A DNA stretch of 64,000 nucleotides from Elainellaceae cyanobacterium. GTDB lineage: Bacteria; Cyanobacteriota; Cyanobacteriia; CAZCXK01. Location of the stretch: positions 1 through 64,000 of the forward strand of contig JBNPEG010000086.1 in the NCBI GenBank assembly GCA_051117555.1, written 5' to 3'. Positions 20,081-31,652 of this stretch are shown here, in pieces. Below the pieces are notes generated by a model. That model made no database searches, was not told the origin of the DNA, and saw only the letters and a list, made by a program, of their open reading frames with translations. Within the stretch, counting starts at the first letter, position 1; each line of letters starts with the position of its first letter. The position numbers and the translations under genes were made by a program.

Positions 20081-20305
20081 TTAGTCATCGTATATCCGGC
20101 ATTCTGCTGCTTCAGGGTTGTCGTCGCAATATTGTTCCAAAGAGGTCTTAGACTTGGCTTTATTGCGCTTATGAGACGCTTCCGCCTGAAGCTCTTCAAC
20201 TGCATCCCACGCAGCAGCACAGTCTGCAGAGTCTGCCCCGCTCATATCACAAGCATCACGAGCCTGTGTGCGTTCTTTTTCGATTTGCTCCTGAATATCA
20301 CTCAT
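20081..20305 (-). CDS. cp12: Calvin cycle protein CP12 (canonical, two Cys pairs)
   Basis: AWDAVEEL core; N-terminal C...C pair and C-terminal CDDNPEAAEC. Confidence 0.96.
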   Translation of the reverse strand: MSDIQEQIEKERTQARDACDMSGADSADCAAAWDAVEELQAEASHKRNKAKSKTSLEQYCDDNPEAAECRIYDD

Positions 20306-20633
20306 GGGTTTCGCTACTTCCGCTAACTACTACTCTGATGATCAGAGACTGATCGAGAATTATTATTCCAAGATACCGCAGCATCATTAAGAACCTCAGT
20401 TCTTGGAAAACGGATTCTATAATCGTAACTATTCCGTTCTAGTATGCACAATGAAGAGAATTTGTGACGGAATGAACTCCATTTCTTAAGGTTTGAATGG
20501 ATCTAAACTGCGTCTGGCTCGAAACTTGCAGCTTTTTCTTAAGGAGAATGACAGGTCTAGACGTAGACAAAGTTTCTTTCAAGTTGAGAAATAAGTGTTG
20601 TATTGAGTTTGACGAGCACTTAGCTTAGGAAGC

Positions 20634-21899
20634 GTGACAATGGCACAATCAATGACTGATCAGATGAAGTGGGTAAGCGCCTTATCAACACAGCCGTCGT
20701 TAGAAGCTGCCATTCATGATGTAGTCGAACAGGCTCAGCAATCGCTACAGGCTCCAGCAGACCTTGGCTTGGTCTTCATTTCGTCGGCATTTGCGAGTGA
20801 ATACCCACGCCTGATGCCGCTATTGAAAGAAAAGCTGGAGGTTTCAGTGCTGATTGGATGTAGCGGAGGCGGCGTTGTCGGCATGAACACCGTCGATCAG
20901 TCAGAAGAAATCGAGGGCGGAGCTGCCCTCAGCCTCACGCTTGCTCACTTGCCAGGGGTCACCATTACACCATTTCATGTCACAGAGGACGAGTTGCCCG
21001 ATCTTGACGGGCCTCCCGATCGCTGGATCGACCTCATGGGCATTTCTCCCAATGAGCAGCCTGATTTCATCGTATTATCAGACCCGACGTTCTCTAAAGT
21101 CGTTGATCTCCTTCAAGGGCTAGACTTCGCGTATCCGGGATCAGTCAAGGTGGGCGGATTGGCCAGTGGTGGAGCGCTGCGAGGCGGGGTTGGGCTTTTC
21201 TATAACGAGCAGATGTATGAAGACGGTATGGTAGGCATTGCCCTGAGCGGCGACGTCACGTTAGAAGCAATTGTGGCTCAGGGGTGTCGCCCCATCGGCG
21301 GAATTTATCAGGTCGTCGAGGGTGAACGCAATATTATCTTAAAACTCGAAGAACAGATCCGTGATGACATGTGCGGCATCGCTCAAACGCCGTTAGAGGT
21401 GCTGCAAACGCTCATCCAAGACTTGAGTGAGGACGATCGCGAACTCGCTCAACATTCTCTATTCGTGGGCATCGCTCAAACAGAATTTAAGCGAGAACTC
21501 GATCAGGGCGATTTCCTAATTCGGAATCTGATTGGTGTCGATCCAAGAATTGGAGCTATTGCGGTGGGCGATCGCGTCCGTCCGGGGCAACGTATCCAGT
21601 TTCACCTGCGCGATGCGGCCACCTCTGCCGATGACTTGGAGGGGCTTCTCAAACACTACCAATATACGGAGCAGACTCGGTCTACATCGCCGATCGGAGC
21701 CCTGATATTTTCATGCATGGGGAGAGGCGAACGGCTCTATAACGAGCAAAACTTCGACTCTCGACTCTTTAGCCACTACGTGAGCAATGTTCCGGTTGCC
21801 GGATTTTTTTGTAATGGGGAGATCGGTCCCGTTGGTGATACGACTTTTATCCACGGCTACACATCTGTATTCGGAATTATTCGTCAAGCATCGTCATAG
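20634..21899 (+). CDS. FIST N/C domain protein
   Basis: GCSGGG, GGLAS, QGCRPIG, FSCMGRG and GFFCNGEIGP motifs. Confidence 0.92.
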   Translation: MTMAQSMTDQMKWVSALSTQPSLEAAIHDVVEQAQQSLQAPADLGLVFISSAFASEYPRLMPLLKEKLEVSVLIGCSGGGVVGMNTVDQSEEIEGGAALSLTLAHLPGVTITPFHVTEDELPDLDGPPDRWIDLMGISPNEQPDFIVLSDPTFSKVVDLLQGLDFAYPGSVKVGGLASGGALRGGVGLFYNEQMYEDGMVGIALSGDVTLEAIVAQGCRPIGGIYQVVEGERNIILKLEEQIRDDMCGIAQTPLEVLQTLIQDLSEDDRELAQHSLFVGIAQTEFKRELDQGDFLIRNLIGVDPRIGAIAVGDRVRPGQRIQFHLRDAATSADDLEGLLKHYQYTEQTRSTSPIGALIFSCMGRGERLYNEQNFDSRLFSHYVSNVPVAGFFCNGEIGPVGDTTFIHGYTSVFGIIRQASS

Positions 21900-21908
21900 C
21901 ACGCATCG

Positions 21909-23012
21909 TCAGAATAATAGGGTCGCGGAGTTGTCAATCAAATCAGGGCTGCCGGTCTCATCCAACGCGCCAAATTGCTCGAAATAGCGGCGCACTCTCA
22001 GCGGAAATTGAGGAAAGCTGAATTGGGCATCGCCATGGGCAATATCCGCCCAAAAGTAACGTAAATCAGGTGCGAATCGTTTGGCTTCAGGATATGAGAG
22101 GTTGAGCGGATCGCCCATCAGCAGCTTCATCATAAAGTGAACGGAGCGATCGCCCATCAGCTCACGAGAACTGGTTTGCAAATCATCCCAACCCGGTAAT
22201 GACTGAATGCGGTGAGATTCAATCTGAAGCCGCGTATGTCCGTCGTTTTGATACAACTGCAGAACGCGAAACGGGTGGGGATAACTCACCAGCGACCCCG
22301 TTGTGATGTCGTAGATTCCGCGATCGTGGGCAATATCTTGGACATGGAGATGCCCAGTACAAATCAGCCGAACACCCGCCTGCCTCAAGAGATTCAAAAG
22401 ATCTGGCGCATTTTCGAGCATGTAGCGCCGTCCGAGGGGGTTTTGCGTCTGCCCTGGCAAATGTTCAATCACATTGTGATGAATCATTACCACAATAAAT
22501 TCGTCGGATGCGGCCTCAAGGCAATGGTGTAACCAAACAAGCTGTTCCTCATCCACTCGTCCCATGTAGAGTTGCTTGCCCTGATCGTCAAATGCGATCG
22601 AGTTAAGCCCAATCAGGCGAATTCCGGGCAAGAGCGATTCTGAATAGTAAAGCTGCCCCGGATTAGAATAGCCAAATTTTGAATAATAGGATGGAAAATC
22701 TGCGATGCCGATGGAGGAGTGAGTCGAGTGCTGCTCTACGGCATCATGATTTCCAGGGACGACATACACCGGATAGGGAAGCTGAGCCAGTCGTCGGGCA
22801 ACCCATGCGTGGTTATCAGGCTCGCCATCTTGCGTTAAATCCCCCGGCAGCAGCAAGAAATCTAAGTCGAGTTGCGCGAGGTAATCAAGCACCGCTTCGA
22901 AGGCATGGGTGCTGAGTTCTACTCGATGAAACCGATGCGGGTTGTGGGGAATCGTATGAGGCAGCGCAATGTGTAGATCACTGGCGATCGCAAATCGAAC
23001 ATTCAGACTCAT
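21909..23012 (-). CDS. Calcineurin-like metallophosphoesterase
   Basis: SDLH, GDL, GNHD and GHLH motifs. Confidence 0.92.
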   Translation of the reverse strand: MSLNVRFAIASDLHIALPHTIPHNPHRFHRVELSTHAFEAVLDYLAQLDLDFLLLPGDLTQDGEPDNHAWVARRLAQLPYPVYVVPGNHDAVEQHSTHSSIGIADFPSYYSKFGYSNPGQLYYSESLLPGIRLIGLNSIAFDDQGKQLYMGRVDEEQLVWLHHCLEAASDEFIVVMIHHNVIEHLPGQTQNPLGRRYMLENAPDLLNLLRQAGVRLICTGHLHVQDIAHDRGIYDITTGSLVSYPHPFRVLQLYQNDGHTRLQIESHRIQSLPGWDDLQTSSRELMGDRSVHFMMKLLMGDPLNLSYPEAKRFAPDLRYFWADIAHGDAQFSFPQFPLRVRRYFEQFGALDETGSPDLIDNSATLLF

Positions 23013-23138
23013 AATGCGTCGGCAAGAGCATCCTAATTAAAGACGGCAGTCAATTCCCGTTGAGTATAACCCCTTATTCTAGATGCTGCCGCGAATCGTC
23101 TAGGCTGGAGTAGATGTCAGTATGGAGGTCATTTTCCT

Positions 23139-23768
23139 TTGTCGGCTGTTCGAGTGCGCCAACACGTCAATCCATTGAGTCAGAAATATCAGCATCCTGC
23201 GGCTCCTCCCCAGTGGGAGACGGTATATGCTGAGTTAGACCATCCGCTTCATCTCGACATCGGCTGTGGTCGTGGTAATTTCTTAATTGCCATGGCTCAA
23301 CAGCAGCCCGGTTGGAATTTTTTAGGATTAGAGATTCGGGAGCCGCTGGTGGAGCAGGCCGTCCTCCAACGCGACGAACTGGGGCTACCAAATCTTCATT
23401 TCATCTCTTGCAATGCCAACAAGTCTCTAACACCGCTCTTGTCATCGCTACCCGACGGAGTATTACAGCGGGTGACGATTCAATTCCCTGACCCATGGTT
23501 TAAGAAACGCCACCAAAAACGGCGAATTGTGCAACCCAAACTGGTCGATGAGCTTGCCCGCTATCTAGTGCCGGGAGGGTGGGTGCTGCTGCAATCAGAT
23601 ATCGAAGAGGTGGCAATTGAAATGGGCGATCGCTTTCAAGAGCATTCATTTACTCGCCAAGGGCTTAACTGGCTGCCTCACAATCCGCTACCGATTTCAA
23701 CGGAGCGAGAAGACCTCACCCTATCAAAGGGAGAACCAGTGTTTCGATCCCAGTTCATCAAATCCTAA
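23139..23768 (+). CDS. trmB: tRNA (guanine-N7)-methyltransferase
   Basis: RVRQHVNP, DIGCGRG and FPDPWFKKRH motifs. Confidence 0.96.
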   Translation: MSAVRVRQHVNPLSQKYQHPAAPPQWETVYAELDHPLHLDIGCGRGNFLIAMAQQQPGWNFLGLEIREPLVEQAVLQRDELGLPNLHFISCNANKSLTPLLSSLPDGVLQRVTIQFPDPWFKKRHQKRRIVQPKLVDELARYLVPGGWVLLQSDIEEVAIEMGDRFQEHSFTRQGLNWLPHNPLPISTEREDLTLSKGEPVFRSQFIKS

Positions 23769-23771
23769 GGT

Positions 23772-26608
23772 CTAAAGCCAATTGCCCACAAGCACGTAGG
23801 GAGCCCAATAAATCGGCGATCGATAATAGGGATTTTGCAACAGAGCTAGCTGCGATCGCCGCAGCGCTTCTGCCTTGGTGATTAGAGTCTCTGCTCCTGC
23901 CAGTTCTTGATAAAAGTGACTCATTAGTTCTGCCGTACCCTGGTCATCGACATACCACAGCGATGCTAAGGTGCTGCGTGCGCCTGATTGAACGGCGACT
24001 AATCCTAAGGCAGCACGGCTATCTCCATCCGCAGTCTTGCAGGCGCTTAACACCAGCAGCTCAATTGCATTCGCCCGTTGGCTACGATTTTGCAGGATGG
24101 CACTCAGCGCGTTGATATTGACCCGCTTATCCCACGCCAGAATGAAGGTGTCTTCGGGTTCGGAGCTAAACTGCCCGTGGGTTGCCAGGTGAATGATCGG
24201 AAATGACGTCGTCGTTGCAAGTTGCTGAAGCCTATCGCTGGTGAAGTCTTGATTGAGAAGTCGCCGCCCTGACGTTTGAGCACTGACTTGATTGAGTTCG
24301 ATTTCAACATTTTCTAGAGCAGCAAAGCCTCGATGAGCCGGGAAGTCAGGTCGAATTTCAGACAAGCCAAATTTGAGGACATCAAGCTGCACCTGGGTCA
24401 GCGGTTTAGGCTCAATGAGCTGCAATCCGGGCATGAGGGCGATCGCATAGTGTTCAATCAGATAGTGCTCACCGTCATACAGGGCTGCCATCGGTACATT
24501 TCGCAGGGCCCCATCGAGAACAAAGACCAGCGTTTCGACCTGTTCAGCATCCAGAATTGACTCGGCGGGACGAATCAGCCAATCATAAACCTGCATTCCC
24601 AATGCCCGTCCTTGCCGCGATGGATAGGGCTTTTCGAGTTCTTGGCGGAGGCGAACGAGCACGGTATCGACCTCATCCTTGGGACGCGACACCGCATAAA
24701 AGTGCAGCCGATCAGACTGAGGCGATTTCAAAATTACTGCTAGCTGATTTTCCAAAATAATCGGATAGAGAATGGCAGCCGTTGGGTCGACGTTTGCTTC
24801 ACTAATTTCGAGGGATGGTGACAAATCGCATCGCAGAAAATTCTCCAACTCGCTCACCTGGAGCGCATCAATATCTTGAATGGCCGCTTGCAAATTTTCT
24901 TGACTGGGGGCTGCTCCATTGGTATTTAGTAACAGCTCGACGAGTTCTCGGTAAATGGGTTCGACGTTATCTCGAAATGAAAAGCGAATTTCAGAATCGA
25001 CGCTGAGCAGGTTTTGACGAACCGTCTGGAGAGTTTGAACGGCGGCTTCGTAGTGGGCGATCGCCGCGTCAGTTTTTCCCTGCTTGCGATAAAGGCGACC
25101 GAGTTGCCACTGCCAGCGATAGGCAATATCCCAGGCTTGATGAGCTTGAGCCAACCCAAGGGCGGGTTGAGTCAATTCGCGAGCTTGCTGCCAAGAGGCG
25201 TGAGCACGGTGGGGAGCCCGATCGCCAATTTGCTCATAAATCATACCCAGCGTGCCACGGGCATAGGACTCTGCACGAGGAATTTGAAGCGCCTCGGCCT
25301 GTCGGAGCGCGGTCAGTGCGAGGGCGATCGCCTCATCGGATACCGTCTGAAGCTGCTGATGCTGTTCGAGATTCATTAACGTTTGCGCCAGGTCAAGATG
25401 AGCATCAATTGCAGCATGACTAGGCGGCAAATTTGCTAACCCTCCAGACTGAATCTCAGCCCACTGGCTTTGGATTTGAGGACGAATAGCTTCTGCAACT
25501 CTCAGCCGATTTTGGCTCCGCAGCCAGTGTTCTAAATCAGATAATAGGCTCAACCGCTGGAGCTGAGCCTGAATCGGGCGGATCGATAGATATGTCGAGG
25601 CGATCGCCGCTGATTGACGATAGTGCTCCAGTGCTTGCAATCCGTAGTTTCTAGCCTGATTGCGATTAACGCTATCACGGGTGCGCTCAAACAGCGACCG
25701 CGTTTTGAGATAGCGCGATCGCTCCGTGTCGCCTAAGCTCAGCATTATCTCGCCTTCAAACTGAGGCAGCGACAAGGTTTGTGACATCTCTACTCCCTGT
25801 TCTAGCAATTGGTAAGATGCGTCCAGATTGCCAATGCGTCGCAGCAGATTGCCTAGGCTTCGCAAGCTGATCAGTTGAATCGAGGGAGTTAGGTTTGACA
25901 CATGATGGATGACCTGATCGACGGCATCCTGCGACGTAAGAGCGCAGTCTATATCCAGCTCGATGGTATCGAATACGGTTTTACAGGCTTGCGGATAAAA
26001 TCCCAAACTTTCTAAGGCTTGTGCTTGGTTGAGTAGCCCTCCCGTGATGCCGGGGCGATCGCCGGGCTGCCGATATATCTCCGTTGCGTGTCGCCAGGTA
26101 TCTAACGCCGATTGCGATCGCCCCATTGCCAGATCTAAGCGACCCTGGGCATTCAGAGCCTGAGCATAGGGCAATGTCGATGTAATTTGATGCGATTCTG
26201 GCTGTAACGTCAACAGAGCGATCGCCGTCTGAATGGTATCCTCCGCCTGTGCCCAATCTTGCATCTGCTGATAGGCCAGAGATAGATAGGTCAAGGCGAT
26301 CGCGCGCTGAGATAAATTGCCTACTTGATGAGCTGTTGAAGCAGCAGTTTGCCAGTACTCCACAGCCGCTTCATAGTCACTATTGGCGTAGGCATCGCGC
26401 CCTTGATTGAAGAACGATGACACAGACTGGGACGGTGCTAATGCGTGCTCTGGGATGCTTTCTGAGGCATTCTGCTGGACATTTTCTGGGGCGGGTTCTT
26501 GACCCCCTGTTTGGGCGATCGCCTTCCTCTCCAGACCCGATATTGAATGAGCCGATAGCCCCCACGCTAGCAATATCCCGACAAAAACCCATGCCCATCG
26601 GCGCAGAT
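23772..26608 (-). CDS. TPR + CHAT domain (caspase-like) protein; original start apparently lost, possible pseudogene
   Basis: TPR repeats; HLATHG and LSAC CHAT motifs; frame open upstream of TTG 26573 through a signal-peptide-like stretch, with no start codon. Confidence 0.85.
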
Positions 26609-28048
26609 GCGATCGCCCACGTTCAGACCCTCGCGCGCATCCACGATGACGGTTCCCCCGTTGCCCGCAAACCCGTTCAAACTATCATCTGTGCGAATCG
26701 AATCGACCTCGATCGTGCCTCCAGGCAATGTCGGGTCAGCTTGATACTGATTCGTGAGAAACACCAACCCATTGGGAGCTTCCAAGTTGACTGAATCAAG
26801 GGTGATATCTGCGGATGTACGAGTCGGGCTGAGCGGATCGGCAGGTGTTAATTCCTCTACGCTCCCTGATACGCCAATGGGAGGGGTGATCGCTTCTAGA
26901 TTGACTCCAGCCCGAATGTCTAGGGTGGGCTGAGTGCGCCCGTCAATCGCGACGGTGGTGATGCCGTCAGAGAGCGTTACAGTCTCTGCGATCGCGTCAA
27001 TACCCTCCACAGCGGCGTCATCGGTTCCTGTGATCACCACCGAGCCAATATCAACGGCACCTCCGGCAAAAATATGCAGTGACGTACCGCGATAGGTATC
27101 AAATGCAACATCACCCCCCGCTCGAATAATCGGATCAATCGGACTCCAAAAATCACCGAGAATGCCGTCAGCCCGCTCCACTCGAAAGTCGCCACCGCTC
27201 CAATAGTGAGCATCTCCAATCACGGGATTGGGCGATCGCAAGATTAGATCTGACCCGGCGACCAGTCGGCTATCGGGATGATTGAGCGCGACAATATCAA
27301 GCTGTTGATTGCCTTGGAGCCGCATTGTCTGCCCAGCCGTGGCGATAAACGGCGTGATCACGCGATCTCGAATACGCAAATCGTCAGCGACCAGGGTTAG
27401 ATGTCTGCCTGCCTGGAGCTGTCCTTGTAGGTCAAGCTGCTGAGCCGACAGGGTTAAATCTCGCCCGACTTGAAGAGTGCCCGCATTGGCGATCGCTCCC
27501 ATACCAGTGCCATATTGCAGGCCAATCGGCACATTCACCGTCAACAGTGGAGCCGCTTGAGGAGTACTAGCGCTAAACTCGCTGCCATCGGGAAACGTAA
27601 AGCGGTCAGCGGTGCTGGCAACAAATGACCCGCGAATATCGAGACGCGCATTCGGACCAAACACAATTCCATTGGGATTGATCAGAAACAAATTCGCCAT
27701 CCCATCCACGCCGAGCGTTCCCAAAATCTCAGACGAGCTGTTGCCTGTCAACCGGCTGAGAATCGTTTCGATGCTTGCCGGATTCGCAAAGTAAACTGCG
27801 ACCCCATCGGGCACATCAAAATCTTGAAAGCTATGGAAAAGGTTTGAGCCACGACGTGCTCCACCTTCAATCCGAAATTGATTGGCTCGAATCTGCTGAA
27901 TATCAGACCGATCGGAACCTAGAGTGTCATTAGGAACGGGACGAGCGATCACCACTAAGCAGCCTCCTGACCCGAGTGTCAGTCCAATCGAGACCCCTAT
28001 TCCAGCGATTACGGACAGGCATATTTGAGGTAACCTCTTGATAACCAC
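26567..28048 (-). pseudogene. Filamentous haemagglutinin N-terminal (TPS) domain protein, C-terminally truncated
   Basis: NLFHSF and NPNG motifs; beta-helical repeats stop abruptly at the HIP1 site 26609..26616. Confidence 0.75.
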
Positions 28049-28227
28049 GTCTTGCTCCTTAGCAGCGAATACCTGCCGTGTATCTTGAGTTCAGCAACGC
28101 CGGTGATGCGGTCGTCATCTGTTTTTAGATATGGGCAAGGCTTATGAAAGGCTTCGTTAGTACTTTTACCTTACGACGCCTCAATGACGGCACTGTCGTT
28201 TAAATAATTTATTCTGATTAGAGCATT

Positions 28228-28415
28228 TATAGCCCTACGGGCTCTTTGTGTGGTGATCCCGCGCGGCGTATGCGTTTAGCGCATGTGTGAGATCCCACGC
28301 TGTCGCTGCCCGAAAAAGGGGGCTATTTACAGGGTGTTGAAGTCCTCCTTTTCAAGGGGGATTTAGGGGGATCTCTAGGGCGTTACGCTAAATACATACA
28401 GAGCGTAAGGCTATA
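28228..28415. mobile_element. Degenerate TA-flanked miniature inverted-repeat element
   Basis: TATAGCCCTACG... / ...CGTAAGGCTATA ends; internal AAGGGGGATTTAGGGGGATC motif. Confidence 0.6.
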
Positions 28416-28416
28416 C

Positions 28417-29199
28417 TTAACTGGATGCGCTTGTGTAAAAGCGGAGGGCAAATCGCCAAAACAGCTTAGAGACATAGAGTAGGGCGATCGCCAATGCTAG
28501 CGCTCCAATCATCCATTCCACGTCTCCACGATGAAGCAATGCCTGCGCCGGGATTGTGGTGAGAAACGCCACAGGCACCACAAACGTGAAAAAAAAGCGA
28601 TATGCCACCGGATACGCCACAATGGGAAACCGCCCCGCTTCGAGTAAGCCCCGCAGCACTTCGGTCACGTTATAAATTTTCACGAACCAAATGCTGGTCG
28701 CACCCAACATAAACCACAGGCTGTAAAGACTCAGAAACCCGCACAGCAGCGGAAGAATCGCAGCCAGATAATTCGTCCATCCGAGTTCCAGCTTACTCCC
28801 GGCGTAGACCACTAGAATCGCGCCAAAAAATAAATCGGACGATCCCCACGGCGAGACGGTGCGCGTCGATAGCCAAAATTGAGAACTGATTGGCTTCAGC
28901 AAGACAAAATCTAAGGTGCCCTCTTGAACCTGACGCACGATTTGATTGAGGTTAGGCGCTAAAAACGTTGCGGAAAATCCTTGCAGCAGCGTAAACACGC
29001 CTAAAACGACGAGCGCCTCTTCCCACGACCAATCTTGAAACGTGTAGTTGGTTCGGTAGAACAGAAACAACCCAAACAGGCTACCCGCCAAGTTTGCGAG
29101 GCTCGTTAGCGCAGCGATTAAGAAGTTAAGACGATATTCTAACTCGGCGGCGATCGCCGCTCCCCAAAATAGCTTTAAGACCTTGAGATAGCGACCCAT
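28417..29199 (-). CDS. ABC-2 type transporter permease (DUF990 family)
   Basis: EYR.NF and G.LDF.LLKP motifs; about 6 TM helices. Confidence 0.92.
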   Translation of the reverse strand: MGRYLKVLKLFWGAAIAAELEYRLNFLIAALTSLANLAGSLFGLFLFYRTNYTFQDWSWEEALVVLGVFTLLQGFSATFLAPNLNQIVRQVQEGTLDFVLLKPISSQFWLSTRTVSPWGSSDLFFGAILVVYAGSKLELGWTNYLAAILPLLCGFLSLYSLWFMLGATSIWFVKIYNVTEVLRGLLEAGRFPIVAYPVAYRFFFTFVVPVAFLTTIPAQALLHRGDVEWMIGALALAIALLYVSKLFWRFALRFYTSASS

Positions 29200-29213
29200 T
29201 TGGATGCAGTGAA

Positions 29214-29429
29214 TTACTGTTGCTCAGTCTCCCTAAGTGAACGATACGCCTCAACAGCCACCGCTGACAAGAAGGGGAGTGTCCACAAAAAACTCATAAA
29301 CGGGCAGCGCACCGATAAGGAATGTAGCGCCATGCCTAGACTCACTGCCAGCCCAACGGGAGTCGTGAGAAATTCTACAAATTCTAACACCCGCAGTAAG
29401 CCGAGTAGTAATGCCATATATGCCCTCAA
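29214..29429 (-). CDS. Putative small membrane protein
   Basis: 71-aa hydrophobic ORF (alternative ATG at 29417) ending 14 bp before the next permease. Confidence 0.4.
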   Translation of the reverse strand: MRAYMALLLGLLRVLEFVEFLTTPVGLAVSLGMALHSLSVRCPFMSFLWTLPFLSAVAVEAYRSLRETEQQ

Positions 29430-29551
29430 CGGTTTGATTTCAGCAATTCAAACATCCTGTTGCGCTCTTTCACTATAAAGGATGCTCTAGCCTACCAGGG
29501 GTTAATTATTGATTTTGTCAATGTTGTAACCGAAAGATTTATAAATCTTTA

Positions 29552-30331
29552 CTATGCGCCCATGCCTGAGTATTGCTTAAGCCCCTTTCGCCAAAGCCAA
29601 CGATTGAGAACAAAGAAAATTCCCGTCCACACGATCATGGTGATAAAAATACGGGGAATATCCACCGGAATCCCCACCAGCAAGCTAGCAGGATAATAAA
29701 TCAAATAGGGAAACGGCAACCAAACCACGACCTGGCGAACCGCCTCAGGAAATGTATCAAGGGGAGCAATCAAGCCAGAGAGAAACAGATAAAACAAAAA
29801 CCAGAAACTCTCGATCGCACTGGCTCGCTCTGTCCAGAAGGCAAACATCGCAAAGGTATATTGCATCACGAATCGCAGCGTAAACGCCATCATCAAAATC
29901 ACCAGTGCGATCGCCACATCTGCCAAATCAGGGAGCCAGGCGGCTTGGGGATAGACCAAAAAAAACAAGCCCATCACTAGAAGCACAAACGGCATGCGCG
30001 CAAAGCGTTCGGCAAAGTGAGACGCAAAATGATGCCAACCCGGATCGAGCGGTTGCAAGAGTTTGGGAGACAGCCTACCCTCTACAATTTGGCGTTCAAA
30101 CTCCCAAATCACCCACACCACGCTAAACTGCCGGACAAAAAACACCGCAATGAAATAGCGAATAAAGTCCAGAGAGGTTAGCCCAAATTGCCCACCCGCA
30201 GCCGCCTTGGCCCAAATGCCCATGAGAATCAGCGGTAGGCTGCCAGAGAGTACCCAAAACAGCAATTCTGCCCGATATTCGAGCATGTAGGCGTAGTAAA
30301 CGGTGATCAGAGTTTTAGCGGTGCGAATCAT
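29552..30331 (-). CDS. ABC-2 type transporter permease (DUF990 family)
   Basis: EYRAE and G.LS..LL.P motifs; overlaps the ATPase stop (ATGA). Confidence 0.92.
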   Translation of the reverse strand: MIRTAKTLITVYYAYMLEYRAELLFWVLSGSLPLILMGIWAKAAAGGQFGLTSLDFIRYFIAVFFVRQFSVVWVIWEFERQIVEGRLSPKLLQPLDPGWHHFASHFAERFARMPFVLLVMGLFFLVYPQAAWLPDLADVAIALVILMMAFTLRFVMQYTFAMFAFWTERASAIESFWFLFYLFLSGLIAPLDTFPEAVRQVVVWLPFPYLIYYPASLLVGIPVDIPRIFITMIVWTGIFFVLNRWLWRKGLKQYSGMGA

Positions 30332-31320
30332 GCGTCATGTCCAACGGTTCCAGCTCGAAACACCCGTCCGATTACTTCCTCCACGGGCGGATCGGTGATG
30401 GTCATATCCAGCACGTTGAGATTGGCAAGAATGCGGGCGATCGCCCCCGTCAGTTCATCTCGGCGGACGATAAATCGAGCCACACACCCCTCCAAGGCTT
30501 CTAATTCGCCATACGCACTCAGGTCGTCTGGCGCACAGCCCTCTGCCAGCTCAACTTTGACCTCTCGATACGGCGCAAAGCGTTCGAGTAACTGATCTAA
30601 ATTGCCGTCATAGATGAGTTGACCTTGATAGATGAGCAAAACCCGTTTACACAGAGCGGTGATGTCTGCCATGTAGTGACTCGTCAGCAGAATCGTCGCC
30701 TGATAGCGCTGGTTATATTCCCGCAAAAATTCTCGCACGCTCACCTGAGCATTCACATCAAGCCCCAGGGTCGGTTCATCGAGAAACAACACCTTCGGAC
30801 GATGCACCAGTGCAGTGAGCAGTTCTGCTTTCATGCGTTCTCCGAGGGAGAGCTTGCGAACGGGTTGAGTCAGTTTGCTCTCCAAGGTCAGCATGTCTGC
30901 TAATTCCCCAACGCGTCCCCGAAACTCTTTATCCGAGATGCCATAGATAGCCGCATTAATTCGCAACGAGTCTAGAGTCGGCAAGTCCCAAATGAGCTGC
31001 TGCTTTTGCCCCATGACGAGGGTGATATTTTTCAAAAACTCAGGCTCTCGTTGAAAAGGCGTGTGCCCAACCACATTGACCTGCCCTTTCGATGGATGGA
31101 TCAACCCCGTCAGCATTTTGAGCGTGGTGGTTTTTCCTGCGCCGTTGGGTCCCAAAAACCCCACCACCTCTCCTGAATCAATGCCGAAGGTCACGTCTTT
31201 GACAGCTTCAACCTGTCGGTAGGTGCGTCGAAAGAAGTGAGTTAGTGTGCCTTTGAGCCCTGGCTCTTTGACAGCGACCGGATAGACTTTGCTCAGATGA
31301 TCAACCGAAATAATCGGCAT
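30328..31320 (-). CDS. ABC transporter ATP-binding protein
   Basis: GPNGAGKT, LSLGE and FLDEPT motifs. Confidence 0.96.
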   Translation of the reverse strand: MPIISVDHLSKVYPVAVKEPGLKGTLTHFFRRTYRQVEAVKDVTFGIDSGEVVGFLGPNGAGKTTTLKMLTGLIHPSKGQVNVVGHTPFQREPEFLKNITLVMGQKQQLIWDLPTLDSLRINAAIYGISDKEFRGRVGELADMLTLESKLTQPVRKLSLGERMKAELLTALVHRPKVLFLDEPTLGLDVNAQVSVREFLREYNQRYQATILLTSHYMADITALCKRVLLIYQGQLIYDGNLDQLLERFAPYREVKVELAEGCAPDDLSAYGELEALEGCVARFIVRRDELTGAIARILANLNVLDMTITDPPVEEVIGRVFRAGTVGHDA

Positions 31321-31495
31321 AGATGCCGTTCCTATGGCGTGAAATGCACACCCTTATCGTAACGGGATCAGCCGCTAGATTGCGGAGCGATCGCCCTGCT
31401 TCCATAACCAATGATTTCACCGATTTCACCAACATAAGCGATCGCACCTCTGCCATTAGCTCTGCCATTAACGTTGCAGTCCGTAACTAACGATC

Positions 31496-31652
31496 CTGAT
31501 GGACTGACAAAAGATTCAGAGGCTGGCGGTTAAACCCGCGCCTACACAAGCAAAGTCGGCTTGCGCCGACTCGTTTCAACCCGCGTAGGCGGGTTTTCCC
31601 CGTGTAGCAGCAGTTTTAACTGCCGCTACACAACGTTTTGTCAGTCAATCAG
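31496..31652. mobile_element. MITE with 17-bp TIR and 9-bp target-site duplication
   Basis: CTGATGGACTGACAAAA / TTTTGTCAGTCAATCAG; CTAACGATC on both flanks; internal hairpins. Confidence 0.9.
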
